Shown here: piece by piece, positions 10,870 through 21,015 of the stretch
Layout: every line of letters begins with the position of its first letter
How positions within the stretch are numbered: the first letter of the stretch is position 1
Assembly: GCA_963674945.2 (NCBI GenBank)
Contig: CAXXWQ010000004.1
Coordinates: forward strand, 2,336,001-2,400,000
Source of the DNA: an uncultured Desulfosarcina sp.
GTDB lineage: Bacteria; Desulfobacterota; Desulfobacteria; Desulfobacterales; Desulfosarcinaceae
Direction: 5' to 3'
Length of the DNA stretch: 64,000 bases
The notes under the pieces: generated by a model
What the model was told of the DNA's origin: nothing
What the model saw: only the letters and a program-made list of their open reading frames with translations
The model's database searches: none
Program-made: the position numbers and the translations under genes

Positions 10870-12012
10870 ATGGTACAACCCATCTACCTGGATTATAACG
10901 GAACCACCCCCCATGACCCGGAAGTGATCGCGGCCATGCGGCCCTTTCTGGAAACCGAATTCGGCAATCCATCTTCCGGACACTGGTATGGGATTCGGCC
11001 CAAAAAAGCCGTGGAGACGGCACGGCGGCAGGTGGCGGCGCTTTTGGGCTGCGAACCCAAAGAGGTGTTTTTCACTTCCGGCGGTACCGAATCCAACAAC
11101 CACGCCATCAAGGGCATGGCCCGGGCGCTTTCGACAAAGGGTCGTCACATCGTCACCAGCACCATCGAACACCCGGCGGTATTGGAAGTCTGCCAATATT
11201 TGGAAAAAGAGGGATTCGAAACCACTTTCGTGGATGTGGATGAAGCGGGCATGATCGATGTGGCCGACGTGGCAGCGGCCATTCGGCCGGACACCGTCCT
11301 GATCACCATCATGCATGCCAACAACGAGGTGGGAACCATTCAGCCCATCGCCGAAATTGCCCGCATGGCAAGAGATCGGGGGATTGTCATGCATACCGAC
11401 GCGGCCCAGAGTGTCGGCAAGATCGAAACCGACGTACGAATGCTGGGGGTGGACCTGCTCTCGGTTGCCGGGCACAAAATCTATGCTCCCAAGGGGATCG
11501 GCGCCCTTTTCGTCAGGTCGGGCGTGATGCCCGTCAAATTTTGCCATGGCGCCGGCCAGGAAATGGGGTGGCGGGCCGGCACCGAAAATGTCCTTGAGAT
11601 CGTAGGCCTGGGAAAGGCATGCGAAATGGCGGATCGGAGCCTTTCCCATACCATGGCTCACCTTGAAGCCATGCGCGACCAGCTGCACCGGGGCATCGCA
11701 GCACAGGTGACGGATGTTCGCGTAAACGGCCATGGGGAAAAGCGTTTGCCCAACACCGTAAGTCTCTCATTCAAGGACCTGGAGGCGAACCGCATCCTGG
11801 AAGAGATCGGTTTGGAGGTGGCCGCTTCGGCCGGCGCCGCCTGCCACGCGGACACCGTCTCCGTATCCCACGTCCTTGCCGCCATGAACGTCCCTCTTTC
11901 CTGGGCCAAGGGAACCATTCGCTTTTCCACGGGGCGCATGACCACCGGTGAGCAGATCGAACGGGCAATCGTGGTCGTGGTAGACGCCGTCAATCGATTG
12001 CGCAATCACTAA
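10870..12012 (+). CDS. Cysteine desulfurase / selenocysteine lyase-like class V PLP enzyme (NifS/IscS family)
   Basis: YLDYNGTTP, FTSGGTESNN, HANNEVG, PLP lysine GHK, RAGTENV, catalytic SAGAACH. Confidence 0.92.
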   Translation: MVQPIYLDYNGTTPHDPEVIAAMRPFLETEFGNPSSGHWYGIRPKKAVETARRQVAALLGCEPKEVFFTSGGTESNNHAIKGMARALSTKGRHIVTSTIEHPAVLEVCQYLEKEGFETTFVDVDEAGMIDVADVAAAIRPDTVLITIMHANNEVGTIQPIAEIARMARDRGIVMHTDAAQSVGKIETDVRMLGVDLLSVAGHKIYAPKGIGALFVRSGVMPVKFCHGAGQEMGWRAGTENVLEIVGLGKACEMADRSLSHTMAHLEAMRDQLHRGIAAQVTDVRVNGHGEKRLPNTVSLSFKDLEANRILEEIGLEVAASAGAACHADTVSVSHVLAAMNVPLSWAKGTIRFSTGRMTTGEQIERAIVVVVDAVNRLRNH

Positions 12013-12046
12013 TTATTGCCCATCCAGAAGGAGGAAAACACCAATC

Positions 12047-13729
12047 ATGAGCACTGATCCCAACAAAGTGATCTATTCCATGGTCCGCGTGAGTAAATTT
12101 TACGATAAAAAGCCGGTGATCAAAGACATCTCTCTCAGCTATTTCTACGGGGCCAAGATCGGCGTGCTGGGACTCAACGGCTCCGGCAAAAGCACCCTGC
12201 TTAAGATCATGGCCGGCGAGGACACTGAATTCAACGGCGAAACCATCCTTTCCAAAGGGTATACCATCGGCTACCTGGAACAGGAGCCGCTGGTGGACGA
12301 AACCAAGACCGTCAAGGAAATCGTCCAGGAAGGCGTCCAGGAAATCGTGGACCTGATGGACGAATTCAACCGGATCAACGAACAATTCGCCGAACCCATG
12401 ACCGACGACGAAATGGACAAATTGATCCAGCAACAGGGAGAGGTCCAGGAGAAACTCGATGCGTTGGATGCCTGGGATCTGGACGCCCGGCTGGAGATGG
12501 CCATGGATGCCCTGCGCTGCCCGCCGGGAGACACACCGGTGAACGTGGTATCCGGTGGCGAGCGCCGGCGGGTGGCCCTTTGCCGACTTCTGCTGCAAAA
12601 GCCGGACATCCTTCTTCTGGACGAACCCACAAACCACCTGGATGCCGAGTCCGTGGCCTGGCTGGAACAGCACCTTCAGCAGTATCCGGGCACCATCATC
12701 GCCGTCACCCACGATCGCTACTTTCTGGACAACGTGGCCGGGTGGATCCTGGAACTGGATCGTGGCCACGGCATCCCGTGGAAGGGCAATTACAGTTCCT
12801 GGCTGGAACAGAAACAAAATCGCCTGGCCCAGGAGGAAAAATCCGAAGGCGAACGGCAACGGACCCTCAAGAGGGAATTGGAATGGATCCGGATGGCACC
12901 AAAAGGCCGCCGGGCCAAATCCAAGGCGCGCGTCACCGCTTACGAAAAGCTGCTGGGCCAGGAGAGTGAGCAGTTGGCCAAAGAGCTTCAGATCTATGTC
13001 CCGCCGGGCCCGCGTCTGGGAAATGTGGTCATCCAGGCAGACAAGGTAACGAAAAGTTACGGTGACAAACTTCTGGTGGAGAATATGACCTTTTCCCTTC
13101 CACCCGGTGGCATCGTCGGGATCATCGGACCCAACGGCGCGGGGAAAACAACCTTGTTCCGCATGATTACCGGGCAGGATGGGCCGGACACCGGAACCAT
13201 TCATGTGGGAGAGACCGTTGAACTGGCCTATGTGGACCAGAGCCGCGACGTGCTGGACCCGGAGAAAAATATCTGGGAAATGATTTCAGACGGCCAGGAT
13301 ACCATCGAACTGGGGAAAAGGCAGGTCAACTCCCGGGCCTACGTGGCCCGTTTCAATTTTTCCGGATCCGACCAGCAAAAGAAGGTGGGGGTGCTTTCCG
13401 GCGGCGAACGAAACCGGGTTCACCTGGCCCGCATGCTCAAATCCGGGGCCAACGTATTGCTCCTCGACGAACCGACCAACGATTTGGATGTCAATACCAT
13501 GCGGGCACTGGAAGAAGCCCTGGAAAATTTCGGCGGGTGTGCGGTGGTCATCAGCCACGACCGCTGGTTTCTGGACCGGATCGCCACCCACATCCTCGCC
13601 TTCGAGGGGGACAGCCGGGTGGTCTGGTTTGAAGGCAACTACTCCGACTATGAAAAGGACCGGAAAAAGCGACTGGGGGTTGCCGCCGACCAGCCCCACC
13701 GGATCAAGTATCGGCAGCTGACCCGGTGA
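12047..13729 (+). CDS. ettA: Energy-dependent translational throttle ABC-F ATPase
   Basis: 560 aa. Two ABC domains (GLNGSGKST, SGGERRR, DEPTNHLD; GPNGAGKTT, SGGERNR). LSYFYGAKIGVLG and C-terminal HRIKYRQL typical of EttA/YjjK. GAAGGAGG RBS. Confidence 0.95.
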   Translation: MSTDPNKVIYSMVRVSKFYDKKPVIKDISLSYFYGAKIGVLGLNGSGKSTLLKIMAGEDTEFNGETILSKGYTIGYLEQEPLVDETKTVKEIVQEGVQEIVDLMDEFNRINEQFAEPMTDDEMDKLIQQQGEVQEKLDALDAWDLDARLEMAMDALRCPPGDTPVNVVSGGERRRVALCRLLLQKPDILLLDEPTNHLDAESVAWLEQHLQQYPGTIIAVTHDRYFLDNVAGWILELDRGHGIPWKGNYSSWLEQKQNRLAQEEKSEGERQRTLKRELEWIRMAPKGRRAKSKARVTAYEKLLGQESEQLAKELQIYVPPGPRLGNVVIQADKVTKSYGDKLLVENMTFSLPPGGIVGIIGPNGAGKTTLFRMITGQDGPDTGTIHVGETVELAYVDQSRDVLDPEKNIWEMISDGQDTIELGKRQVNSRAYVARFNFSGSDQQKKVGVLSGGERNRVHLARMLKSGANVLLLDEPTNDLDVNTMRALEEALENFGGCAVVISHDRWFLDRIATHILAFEGDSRVVWFEGNYSDYEKDRKKRLGVAADQPHRIKYRQLTR

Positions 13730-14337
13730 CGCGTTGCTTCCATGAAAGTGTCGACATGACAGCCTATCCCATCGTTACCATTGAATTGCCGGACTGGATC
13801 GACGCCACTTTGTCCCGGAAACGCACGGTCTGTCCCACCATGGCCGACCGCATGGCCCTGGTGATCGACCTGGCCGGAAAAAACGTGGCCGAAGGCACGG
13901 GCGGTCCCTTCGGTTCGGGGATATTCGAAATGGAATCGGGGCGTCTGGTGGCACCCGGAGTCAATCTGGTGGAGACGGCCAACAATTCGGTGGCCCATGC
14001 CGAGATCACCGCCATCATGGTGGCCCAAAAGATACTGGGGACTTATGATCTGGGGCAAGAAAATCTGCCTGCCATGGAATTGGTCACCAGCACCGAACCT
14101 TGTGCCATGTGTCTGGGGGCCGTGATCTGGAGCGGGGTGAAGCGACTGACATGTGCCGCCCGGGATGAGGACGCCCGTAGAATCGGATTCGACGAAGGAC
14201 CCAAACCAGACGACTGGACCGGTGAACTGCATAAGCGGGGAATCGCGCTCATCCGGGATGTCCGCCGGGAGGAGGCGATTGCGGTACTGGAACAGTACGG
14301 GAAAAGCGGGGGCCTGATTTACAATGCGACCCGATGA
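13726..14337 (+). CDS. Zn-dependent nucleoside/guanine deaminase family protein
   Basis: GGPFG, AHAE, EPCAMC, GFDEG motifs. Alternative start at ATG 13756. Confidence 0.9.
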   Translation: MTRCFHESVDMTAYPIVTIELPDWIDATLSRKRTVCPTMADRMALVIDLAGKNVAEGTGGPFGSGIFEMESGRLVAPGVNLVETANNSVAHAEITAIMVAQKILGTYDLGQENLPAMELVTSTEPCAMCLGAVIWSGVKRLTCAARDEDARRIGFDEGPKPDDWTGELHKRGIALIRDVRREEAIAVLEQYGKSGGLIYNATR

Positions 14338-14393
14338 GACCATCAATCTTTACGCATCCGTCCGAACAGCGACGTTTTACGAGACCATCAATC
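14336..14393 (-). repeat. Double-arm end fragment of the MITE-like family
   Basis: TCCGTCCGAACAGCGACGTTTTACGAGACCATCAAT is the near reverse complement of 26683-26731. The 13-bp direct repeat GAGACCATCAATC occurs at 14336 and 14381. Confidence 0.65.
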
Positions 14394-14451
14394 CTGACGT
14401 AGTGTCCGTCCAGAAACAGGTCTTTTATGGATGGGCATCAGAGAGGTCTGT

Positions 14452-15795
14452 ATGACGATAGAATCCTTGAAAACCAAAGCGGAAACAATGGTCGTATCCC
14501 TTCGACATGCGATCTGGCGGCCTCGCCAGGAAAACCAGTCCGCGGCAAATTGGTTCCTGGTTCGATTGGCGCGCACGACGATTTTGTCGGCAAAGGGATT
14601 TATCCAACACCGGGGAACCCTGCGGGCCTCCTCTCTCACCTTTTTTACACTGCTCTCGCTGGTTCCGGTCGCGGCAATGGCATTTGGCATCGCCAAGGGT
14701 TTCGGTTTCGAAAAACGGCTCCAGCGGGAACTCCTGGAAAACTTTCCCGCCCAGCAGGAGGTGGTCCAACAGGTCATCGGATTCGCCCAGAACCTGCTGG
14801 ACAACACCAAGGGGGGGATGATCGCCGGTATCGGTATCGTGGTCCTCTTCTGGGCGGTCATCCGCGTGCTGAGCAACATCGAAAATTCATTCAACCACAT
14901 CTGGGGGGTGCGCTCGAGAACCTTCATACGAAAGCTGAGCGATTACCTGACCATCATGCTCATCTGTCCGTTGCTGGTGATCATGTCGGGCAGCGTCACG
15001 GTTTTCATCAAAAGTCAGGTCTCGGCCATCTCCGGCCGGTTCGAACTTCTACAGATGATGGGGCCCGTTATCTACACGGGGCTTCAGTTCCTGCCCTTCA
15101 CCCTCATCTGGCTGCTGTTCACCCTCATCTATATTATCATGCCCAACACACGGGTGCGTTTCGACGGCGCCCTGCTGGCCGGTGTGGTTGCCGGCTCTGC
15201 TTATCAGATCCTTCAAGCCGCATACATCCACTTTCAGATTAACGTCGCCAAATACAACGCCATCTATGGCAGTTTTGCCGCCCTTCCTCTGTTCTTGGTC
15301 TGGTTGCAGATCAGCTGGTTCATTGTTCTCATTGGTGCGGAGATCTCCTATGCCTTTCAGAATTCCCTATATACGGCCCATGCGGACGATGGAGAAAGTT
15401 TGAACATCCAGCAGACCCGATTCCTCGCCCTGGCCATCTGTCATTATGTGGTCCAACGCTTTTCCGAAGGAAAGCCGGCCCAGACGAGCAAAGAGATCGG
15501 AGAAGCGCTTTCTCTGTCGCCGTTACTGGTGGATGATTTGTCCGGCCTTCTGGTACAGGGAAATATCCTGGTTCCAACCAAAGGAAACGGTCGCAACGAA
15601 TCGTTCGCCCTCCTGCCGGCCCGGGACATCGGCGGGTTGACGGTCAATTCGGTGATAACGGCCATAGAGAAGGCGGGTGGCAAGGATTGGCCCCTTGCCG
15701 AGTGGTCCGGGAACGGCAACTTGTCCGAGACCCTGGCGGCATTTCGTTCGGAACTGGATCGATCCCAAGCCAACCGACTGGTAAAGGACTTGTAA
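14452..15795 (+). CDS. YihY/BrkB family membrane protein with C-terminal wHTH-like extension
   Basis: ASSLTFFTLLSLVP, IENSFNHIW, YNAIYGSFAALPLFLVW. AGAGGT RBS before ATG 14452. Confidence 0.9.
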   Translation: MTIESLKTKAETMVVSLRHAIWRPRQENQSAANWFLVRLARTTILSAKGFIQHRGTLRASSLTFFTLLSLVPVAAMAFGIAKGFGFEKRLQRELLENFPAQQEVVQQVIGFAQNLLDNTKGGMIAGIGIVVLFWAVIRVLSNIENSFNHIWGVRSRTFIRKLSDYLTIMLICPLLVIMSGSVTVFIKSQVSAISGRFELLQMMGPVIYTGLQFLPFTLIWLLFTLIYIIMPNTRVRFDGALLAGVVAGSAYQILQAAYIHFQINVAKYNAIYGSFAALPLFLVWLQISWFIVLIGAEISYAFQNSLYTAHADDGESLNIQQTRFLALAICHYVVQRFSEGKPAQTSKEIGEALSLSPLLVDDLSGLLVQGNILVPTKGNGRNESFALLPARDIGGLTVNSVITAIEKAGGKDWPLAEWSGNGNLSETLAAFRSELDRSQANRLVKDL

Positions 15796-15826
15796 TCCAA
15801 AGCGAAAAGCCGTATTGGAGCAATCC

Positions 15827-16462
15827 ATGGTATTGTTTCTCACCCTCTTTGCAACATCGTTCATCGTGGCCCTCTCCGGGGCCGTCATGCCGGGACCGCT
15901 GCTCACCGTCACAGTGAGCGAGAGCACACGCCGCGGTATCATGACCGGGCCCCTGCTCATCGTCGGCCATGCCCTGTTGGAACTGGCCCTCGTATTGGCC
16001 CTGCTCATGGGCCTTGCCCCCCTGTTACAAAACAAACCGGTATTCATCGCCATCGCCCTGGCCGGTTCCGCCGTTTTGTTGTGGATGGGCGTCGGCATGA
16101 TCAGATCCCTGCCCTCCATGAAACTGACGGTGGATGATGATCGGGGCAGGGGCGGCAACCTGATCCTCTCCGGTGCATTGCTCAGCCTGGTCAACCCATA
16201 TTGGACGATTTGGTGGGCAACCATCGGCCTCGGATACATCCTTCACAGCATGAATTCCGGCACACTGGGCGTGATGGCCTTCTTCACCGGCCACGTGGCC
16301 GGTGACCTTTTCTGGTATACTTTCGTCTCCACCGCCATCTGGAAGGGACGCAAGCTACTTTCGGACCGCAGCTATCGAGTGCTCATCGGAACATGCGCAA
16401 TCTTTCTGATCGTCTTCTCCGGCCTGTTCGCCTGGTCCGGCGTGCAGCGACTCTTCACCTGA
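15827..16462 (+). CDS. LysE-family translocator
   Basis: SGAVMPGP, GHALLE, SLVNPYWTIWW and a hydrophobic profile. GGAG RBS before ATG 15827. Confidence 0.88.
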   Translation: MVLFLTLFATSFIVALSGAVMPGPLLTVTVSESTRRGIMTGPLLIVGHALLELALVLALLMGLAPLLQNKPVFIAIALAGSAVLLWMGVGMIRSLPSMKLTVDDDRGRGGNLILSGALLSLVNPYWTIWWATIGLGYILHSMNSGTLGVMAFFTGHVAGDLFWYTFVSTAIWKGRKLLSDRSYRVLIGTCAIFLIVFSGLFAWSGVQRLFT

Positions 16463-16605
16463 CATAGCTCTTGTTTCTTGCCATCATCCGTGGTATCTGC
16501 CGATGCAAACCTGTTAAAATTCAATCACTACAAAAATGAAAATCGGCGCCGAGCCCGTCGTTATACCGAAGGTGCCGGGAGGACGTTTTCAAGGAGGGGT
16601 GGAAC

Positions 16606-17103
16606 ATGGCAAACCAGGGCAAGTATTCGGCATGGATATTGGTTTTGATTCTGGCGGTATGTCTTCAGATTGTGTTTGTTGTTGCGGACTGCAAGGAGTC
16701 GGCTACGACGACGGCAATTGAATTCACCAACGCATATTTCATGCTGGACACGGAATTGAACGACTTCGTTTGCCAGGATCTCGCAGGTGACGACGAAGCT
16801 TCCGCCACGGCCGCCTATCTGCAATCCATGTCCGATGAGGCCCGCGAAATGGGATTCGGAACGGGTATGGTCAGGAAGAAGATCTACCACGTCGAGACCG
16901 AGACCATTGCCCAGGATGCCGAAACCGCCACGATCCATATCAAGGGACATCATCGTACCTGTATCCACCCGGTCTTTACCTGGGTAGCCAAGTTGTTTCG
17001 GTTGGGAAGGGCGCATGAATTCGAAGAGACCCTGAAGCTGGTAAAAGAGGATGGCAAATGGAAGGTTTGTGGTGCCCCTTTTGGTTTGGTCTCGGAGGTA
17101 TAG
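16606..17103 (+). CDS. Membrane-anchored hypothetical protein (possible NTF2-like/DUF4878-type fold)
   Basis: AGGAGGGG RBS, N-terminal TM helix, C-terminal LKLVKEDGKWKV pattern. Confidence 0.7.
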   Translation: MANQGKYSAWILVLILAVCLQIVFVVADCKESATTTAIEFTNAYFMLDTELNDFVCQDLAGDDEASATAAYLQSMSDEAREMGFGTGMVRKKIYHVETETIAQDAETATIHIKGHHRTCIHPVFTWVAKLFRLGRAHEFEETLKLVKEDGKWKVCGAPFGLVSEV

Positions 17104-17199
17104 GCAGTAAAAACGGATAGAAGGCGTCGGATCGACGTCTTTTTCCCTCCCGTACGGCCTTGTATCCATAAACGGCCGAATTACCCACTGAAATCGCCA

Positions 17200-17958
17200 T
17201 TGGACGACGTATATCGAAAAATTCGAAAGATCGCCCGAAAAATCGCCGCCCGCTACCCCTTGCCCGATTTTTACGGAGATCATCCATCCGAAGTCGCTCA
17301 ATCTCACCATTTTTTTCGTTCCGATGCAGCCATCATACGCCTTCGCAAGGATATGGTCCGTCGCCTGGATGACGATTTCGGCCACGGCATGGGTCACGTC
17401 GAAAAAGTGGCGCTTGATGCCGGCACCCTTGCAATCATCGAAAGCAGACGGATCGGTCAGCCCAAAGCGCAGGTCGAGCGGAACCTGCTCATGGTTCAAT
17501 GCGCCGGTCTCCTCCATGACATCCGTCGAAAAGAAAAATCCCATGCCGAAAAAGGCGCCGAAGCGGCGTACCGGATATTACAGACCTACCCGTTGATTCC
17601 CGAAGAGATCAAACACGTCTGCGCCGCAATTCGCAACCACGAGGCGTTCACGCCGCTTGCGCGATTGCCTGCAGAACAGGCCCGCATGATTTCGGACTGC
17701 CTTTACGATGCGGACAAATTTCGATGGGGACCGGATAATTTTACCCACACGATTTGGGATATGGTGGGGTTTTTGGGACCTTCGCTGGAAGCATTCGTGG
17801 ACCACTACCCCAGTGGGATGAGCCGTCTGCGAAGAATTCGGGCCACGTTTCGCTCCGAAACCGGCCGGCGGTATGGGCCTCAATTCATCGACATGGGAAT
17901 CGCCATCGGTGAAGAGCTCTACCAGGTGATCATCGCCGACTTTGTCGATCATTCATGA
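17200..17958 (+). CDS. HD-domain phosphohydrolase family protein
   Basis: GHGMGHV...LLHDI...HAEKGA...IRNHE...LYDADK. The TTG start is uncertain. Confidence 0.88.
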   Translation: MDDVYRKIRKIARKIAARYPLPDFYGDHPSEVAQSHHFFRSDAAIIRLRKDMVRRLDDDFGHGMGHVEKVALDAGTLAIIESRRIGQPKAQVERNLLMVQCAGLLHDIRRKEKSHAEKGAEAAYRILQTYPLIPEEIKHVCAAIRNHEAFTPLARLPAEQARMISDCLYDADKFRWGPDNFTHTIWDMVGFLGPSLEAFVDHYPSGMSRLRRIRATFRSETGRRYGPQFIDMGIAIGEELYQVIIADFVDHS

Positions 17959-18114
17959 AATTTTTCCTCATTTGAATTTGTCATCTGCCCGTTGGTGGCT
18001 ACACTTTTTTGGGATAAATCTCGAAAATCGCATCAATGGATCAACAATTGACTGGCATCTTGGTCGATTTTATGTTAGCCCAGTAAGGTTTATTTGGTTA
18101 GAATGATAGGGGCT

Positions 18115-18777
18115 ATGATGCAAAATCGCATACTTGTCATCGCAACCCGCAACAAGGGCAAGACTGCCGAAATCAGGGATCTGCTGGATCCGTTTCCCAT
18201 CACGATAAAGAATCTGGACGACTTCGGACCCATCCCCGAGGTGGTGGAAGATGGCGATACCTTCGATGAAAACGCTTACAAAAAGGCAAGCTTCACCGCT
18301 CGTGTATTGGGTTATCCGGCGCTTTCCGACGACTCCGGACTGGTAGTGGCGGCACTGGACGGCGCACCGGGCGTTCACAGCGCCCGATATGCCGGTCCCG
18401 ATGCCACCGATGCCCAGCGATGCGATAAATTGCTACAGGAGATGGAGAATCATACCAACCGGCAGGCCGCCTTCGAATGCGTGATTTCCCTCGCGGTCCC
18501 TTCTGGACCGGCCCTTACCTACGAAGCACGCTGCGACGGGGAAATTTCCCTTCATCCTGTGGGCACCAACGGTTTCGGTTACGACCCGGTCTTTTATTAC
18601 CCACCGTATGAGAAGACATTCGCCCAAATGACCATGGCGGAAAAAAGCCGCGTCAGTCACAGGGGAAAGGCACTCATGGAACTTCGGGATGAATTTCATA
18701 AGGTGATCAAATGGATCGACAGGCATATGCCCGATCCGATGATCGCCGGTTGCCAGGGAGAAGATGGTGACAACTGA
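18115..18777 (+). CDS. rdgB: XTP/dITP diphosphatase (Ham1 family)
   Basis: ATRNKGK, SDDSGL, GAPGVHSARYAG, GFGYDPVF, SHRGKA. Confidence 0.95.
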   Translation: MMQNRILVIATRNKGKTAEIRDLLDPFPITIKNLDDFGPIPEVVEDGDTFDENAYKKASFTARVLGYPALSDDSGLVVAALDGAPGVHSARYAGPDATDAQRCDKLLQEMENHTNRQAAFECVISLAVPSGPALTYEARCDGEISLHPVGTNGFGYDPVFYYPPYEKTFAQMTMAEKSRVSHRGKALMELRDEFHKVIKWIDRHMPDPMIAGCQGEDGDN

Positions 18778-18780
18778 TTC

Positions 18781-18852
18781 GTTGTATTCAAACCGGGGGC
18801 CTTGCACCCGGAACCAGCCCGAACGATACAGCACTGACGTTGTTTTGACGCG
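18781..18852. repeat. Two-hairpin REP-like or structured-RNA repeat, copy 1
   Basis: About 57/73 identical by hand alignment to 26790-26862. Core CCGGGGGCCTTGCACCCGG. Confidence 0.7.
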
Positions 18853-18973
18853 GAAAAACAGCCAAACAAAGGGCTGCCAGGACAATACGTATGCGGATCG
18901 CGAATAAACCGATACGACATACAGCCTGGAGAAGGCCCATTCCATATATACTACCGACAAAGGGGTGAAACGC

Positions 18974-20938
18974 ATGTTGAAGAAAAATGAGGGAATCGAC
19001 ATCGTACAAGCATTGGGAGGAATCGAAAGCGTCGAACAGGCCCAAGCGCTTTTTGAGAATCGGCTTACAGCGCCGCACCTATCCCGCGTCCGCACATTGC
19101 GCAATCCTCAAATTCTGTTAAAGATCGCCAACGCCATCGCCATGTGCGATCCCGTACGGGTCTATATCAACACCGGAAGCGAGCAAGATCGCCAGTTCAT
19201 CCGTAAATTGGCATTGAACAAAGGGGAAGAGGCGGTTCTCACCATGCCCGATCATACCATCCACTATGATCTCAAGGAAGAACAGGGCCGAATCATCGAT
19301 CGAACCTTTTACATCGCCAATCCGGATGAAAAAATCAGCAGCCTGGCAAACAAGATCCTGCGCGACGATGCCCTCGACGACATCCGCGAGCGGATGGTCG
19401 GCATCATGAAAGGCGCCACGATGGTGGTGGGGTTGTATTCCAGGGGGCCCGTGGGCGCCGCGGCCTCCAATCCGGCAATGGAGATCACCAGCAGTGCCTA
19501 TGTCAGTCACAGCGCGGAGATTCTTTACCGCAATGCCTTTGCGGACTTCGAAAAAGAGGTGGATCGCCTGGGCCATTTTTACACCAACATTCACAGCGAA
19601 GGGTTAAACCGAGCCGAGGATCTGCCCAATGCCCGGGTCTTTATGGATCGCAGCCACCGGACCACCTACTCGTTCAACTGCACCTATGCCGGCAACACCT
19701 TGCTGCTGAAAAAGGGAAACCACCGTTTTTCCGTTGACAAGGCAGTGTATGAGGGAAACGGTATGGAACTGGCCGAGCACATGTTCATCACCGGCATCGA
19801 TGGACCGGGAGGCCGGGTGACATGGGTGGCCGGTGCGGCACCTTCCGGTTGCGGCAAGACAACGACCGCCATGGCGGGAAACCATTTCGTGGGGGATGAC
19901 CTGGCCCAGATGTGGATCGACGAAAAAGGATCCGTTCGTTCCATCAATCCGGAATGCGGTATTTTCGGCATCGTGGAGGATGTGAACGGGGAGGGCGACC
20001 CCATGCTCATGGATCGGCTGCGAAACCCCGGATCCGAGGTGATCTGGTCCAATGTGCTCATCGATGAAAACGGCGTTCCCCAGTGGACCGGTAACGGCGA
20101 AAAGCCGCCCTTGCGGGGCCGGAATTTTCAGGGGCCATGGGCAAAGGGCCTTCGGGATCAAAGCGGCAAGGAAGTACCCATCTCCCACCCCAATGCACGG
20201 TGCACCATCGCATCATCGGTCCTGGCCAATTTTTCGGACAAGGCCGAAGACCCGGACGGAGTCGAAACCCGTGTGATTACCTACAGCGGTCGGGACAGCG
20301 ACACCATGCCGCCCGTGTGGGCCGCGAAAAATGCCGAACACGGTGTCGTTATCGGCGCATGCATCGTATCTGCGGCCACGGCTACGGAAGTGGGGGCCAC
20401 CGGTGTAAAACGTGCGCCGTGGGCAAATGCCCCCTTCATCCCCGGCGCGCTCGGTGATTATATGAAAGCCCAATTCGACTTTTTCGGAAGCGCCGCCATC
20501 GCAGACGGCAGAAGGCCGGTCATTGCCGGACTGAACTATTTTCTCACCCATGAAGCCCGGGGAGGAGAAGGAAAGAAACTTCTCGGCGAAAAAAGGGACG
20601 TGAAGGTCTGGTTGGGATGGCTCGAGCGTCGAGCCCATGGGGACGTCGACGCCATCGAAACCCCCATCGGTTTTATTCCCAAGTACGAAGATCTCAAGGT
20701 GCTTTTCCAGGAACTCATCGACAAGCCTTACCCCAGAGATCTTTACGACAAACAGTTCTCACTGTATCTGGACAACATCCTGGTCAGAAATGAGCTGCAA
20801 ACAAATGCATATGGGAAAGAAGAGAATATTCCCCAGCAATTGTTCGACGTCCTGAAAGAGCAGCGGGACGGACTCATTGCCCTGAAAGAGAAATTTGGTC
20901 CCATCGTCGCACCGGACCAATTATCCGACGGCGTATAA
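18974..20938 (+). CDS. pckG: Phosphoenolpyruvate carboxykinase (GTP)
   Basis: YAGNTLLLKK, LAEHMFI, PSGCGKTT, VGDDLA, INPECGIFG, SHPNARCT. Confidence 0.92.
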   Translation: MLKKNEGIDIVQALGGIESVEQAQALFENRLTAPHLSRVRTLRNPQILLKIANAIAMCDPVRVYINTGSEQDRQFIRKLALNKGEEAVLTMPDHTIHYDLKEEQGRIIDRTFYIANPDEKISSLANKILRDDALDDIRERMVGIMKGATMVVGLYSRGPVGAAASNPAMEITSSAYVSHSAEILYRNAFADFEKEVDRLGHFYTNIHSEGLNRAEDLPNARVFMDRSHRTTYSFNCTYAGNTLLLKKGNHRFSVDKAVYEGNGMELAEHMFITGIDGPGGRVTWVAGAAPSGCGKTTTAMAGNHFVGDDLAQMWIDEKGSVRSINPECGIFGIVEDVNGEGDPMLMDRLRNPGSEVIWSNVLIDENGVPQWTGNGEKPPLRGRNFQGPWAKGLRDQSGKEVPISHPNARCTIASSVLANFSDKAEDPDGVETRVITYSGRDSDTMPPVWAAKNAEHGVVIGACIVSAATATEVGATGVKRAPWANAPFIPGALGDYMKAQFDFFGSAAIADGRRPVIAGLNYFLTHEARGGEGKKLLGEKRDVKVWLGWLERRAHGDVDAIETPIGFIPKYEDLKVLFQELIDKPYPRDLYDKQFSLYLDNILVRNELQTNAYGKEENIPQQLFDVLKEQRDGLIALKEKFGPIVAPDQLSDGV

Positions 20939-20962
20939 TGTCCAAAGACGACACTTTTGAAA

Positions 20963-20999
20963 AAAAGAGGGCGGCGGCATGATGCCGCCGCCCTCTTTT
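20963..20999. terminator. Intrinsic (bidirectional-type) terminator after pckG
   Basis: AAAAGAGGGCGGCGGCAT-G-ATGCCGCCGCCCTCTTTT perfect inverted repeat with A/T tails. Confidence 0.85.
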
Positions 21000-21015
21000 G
21001 TAAGGCATATCGCCC

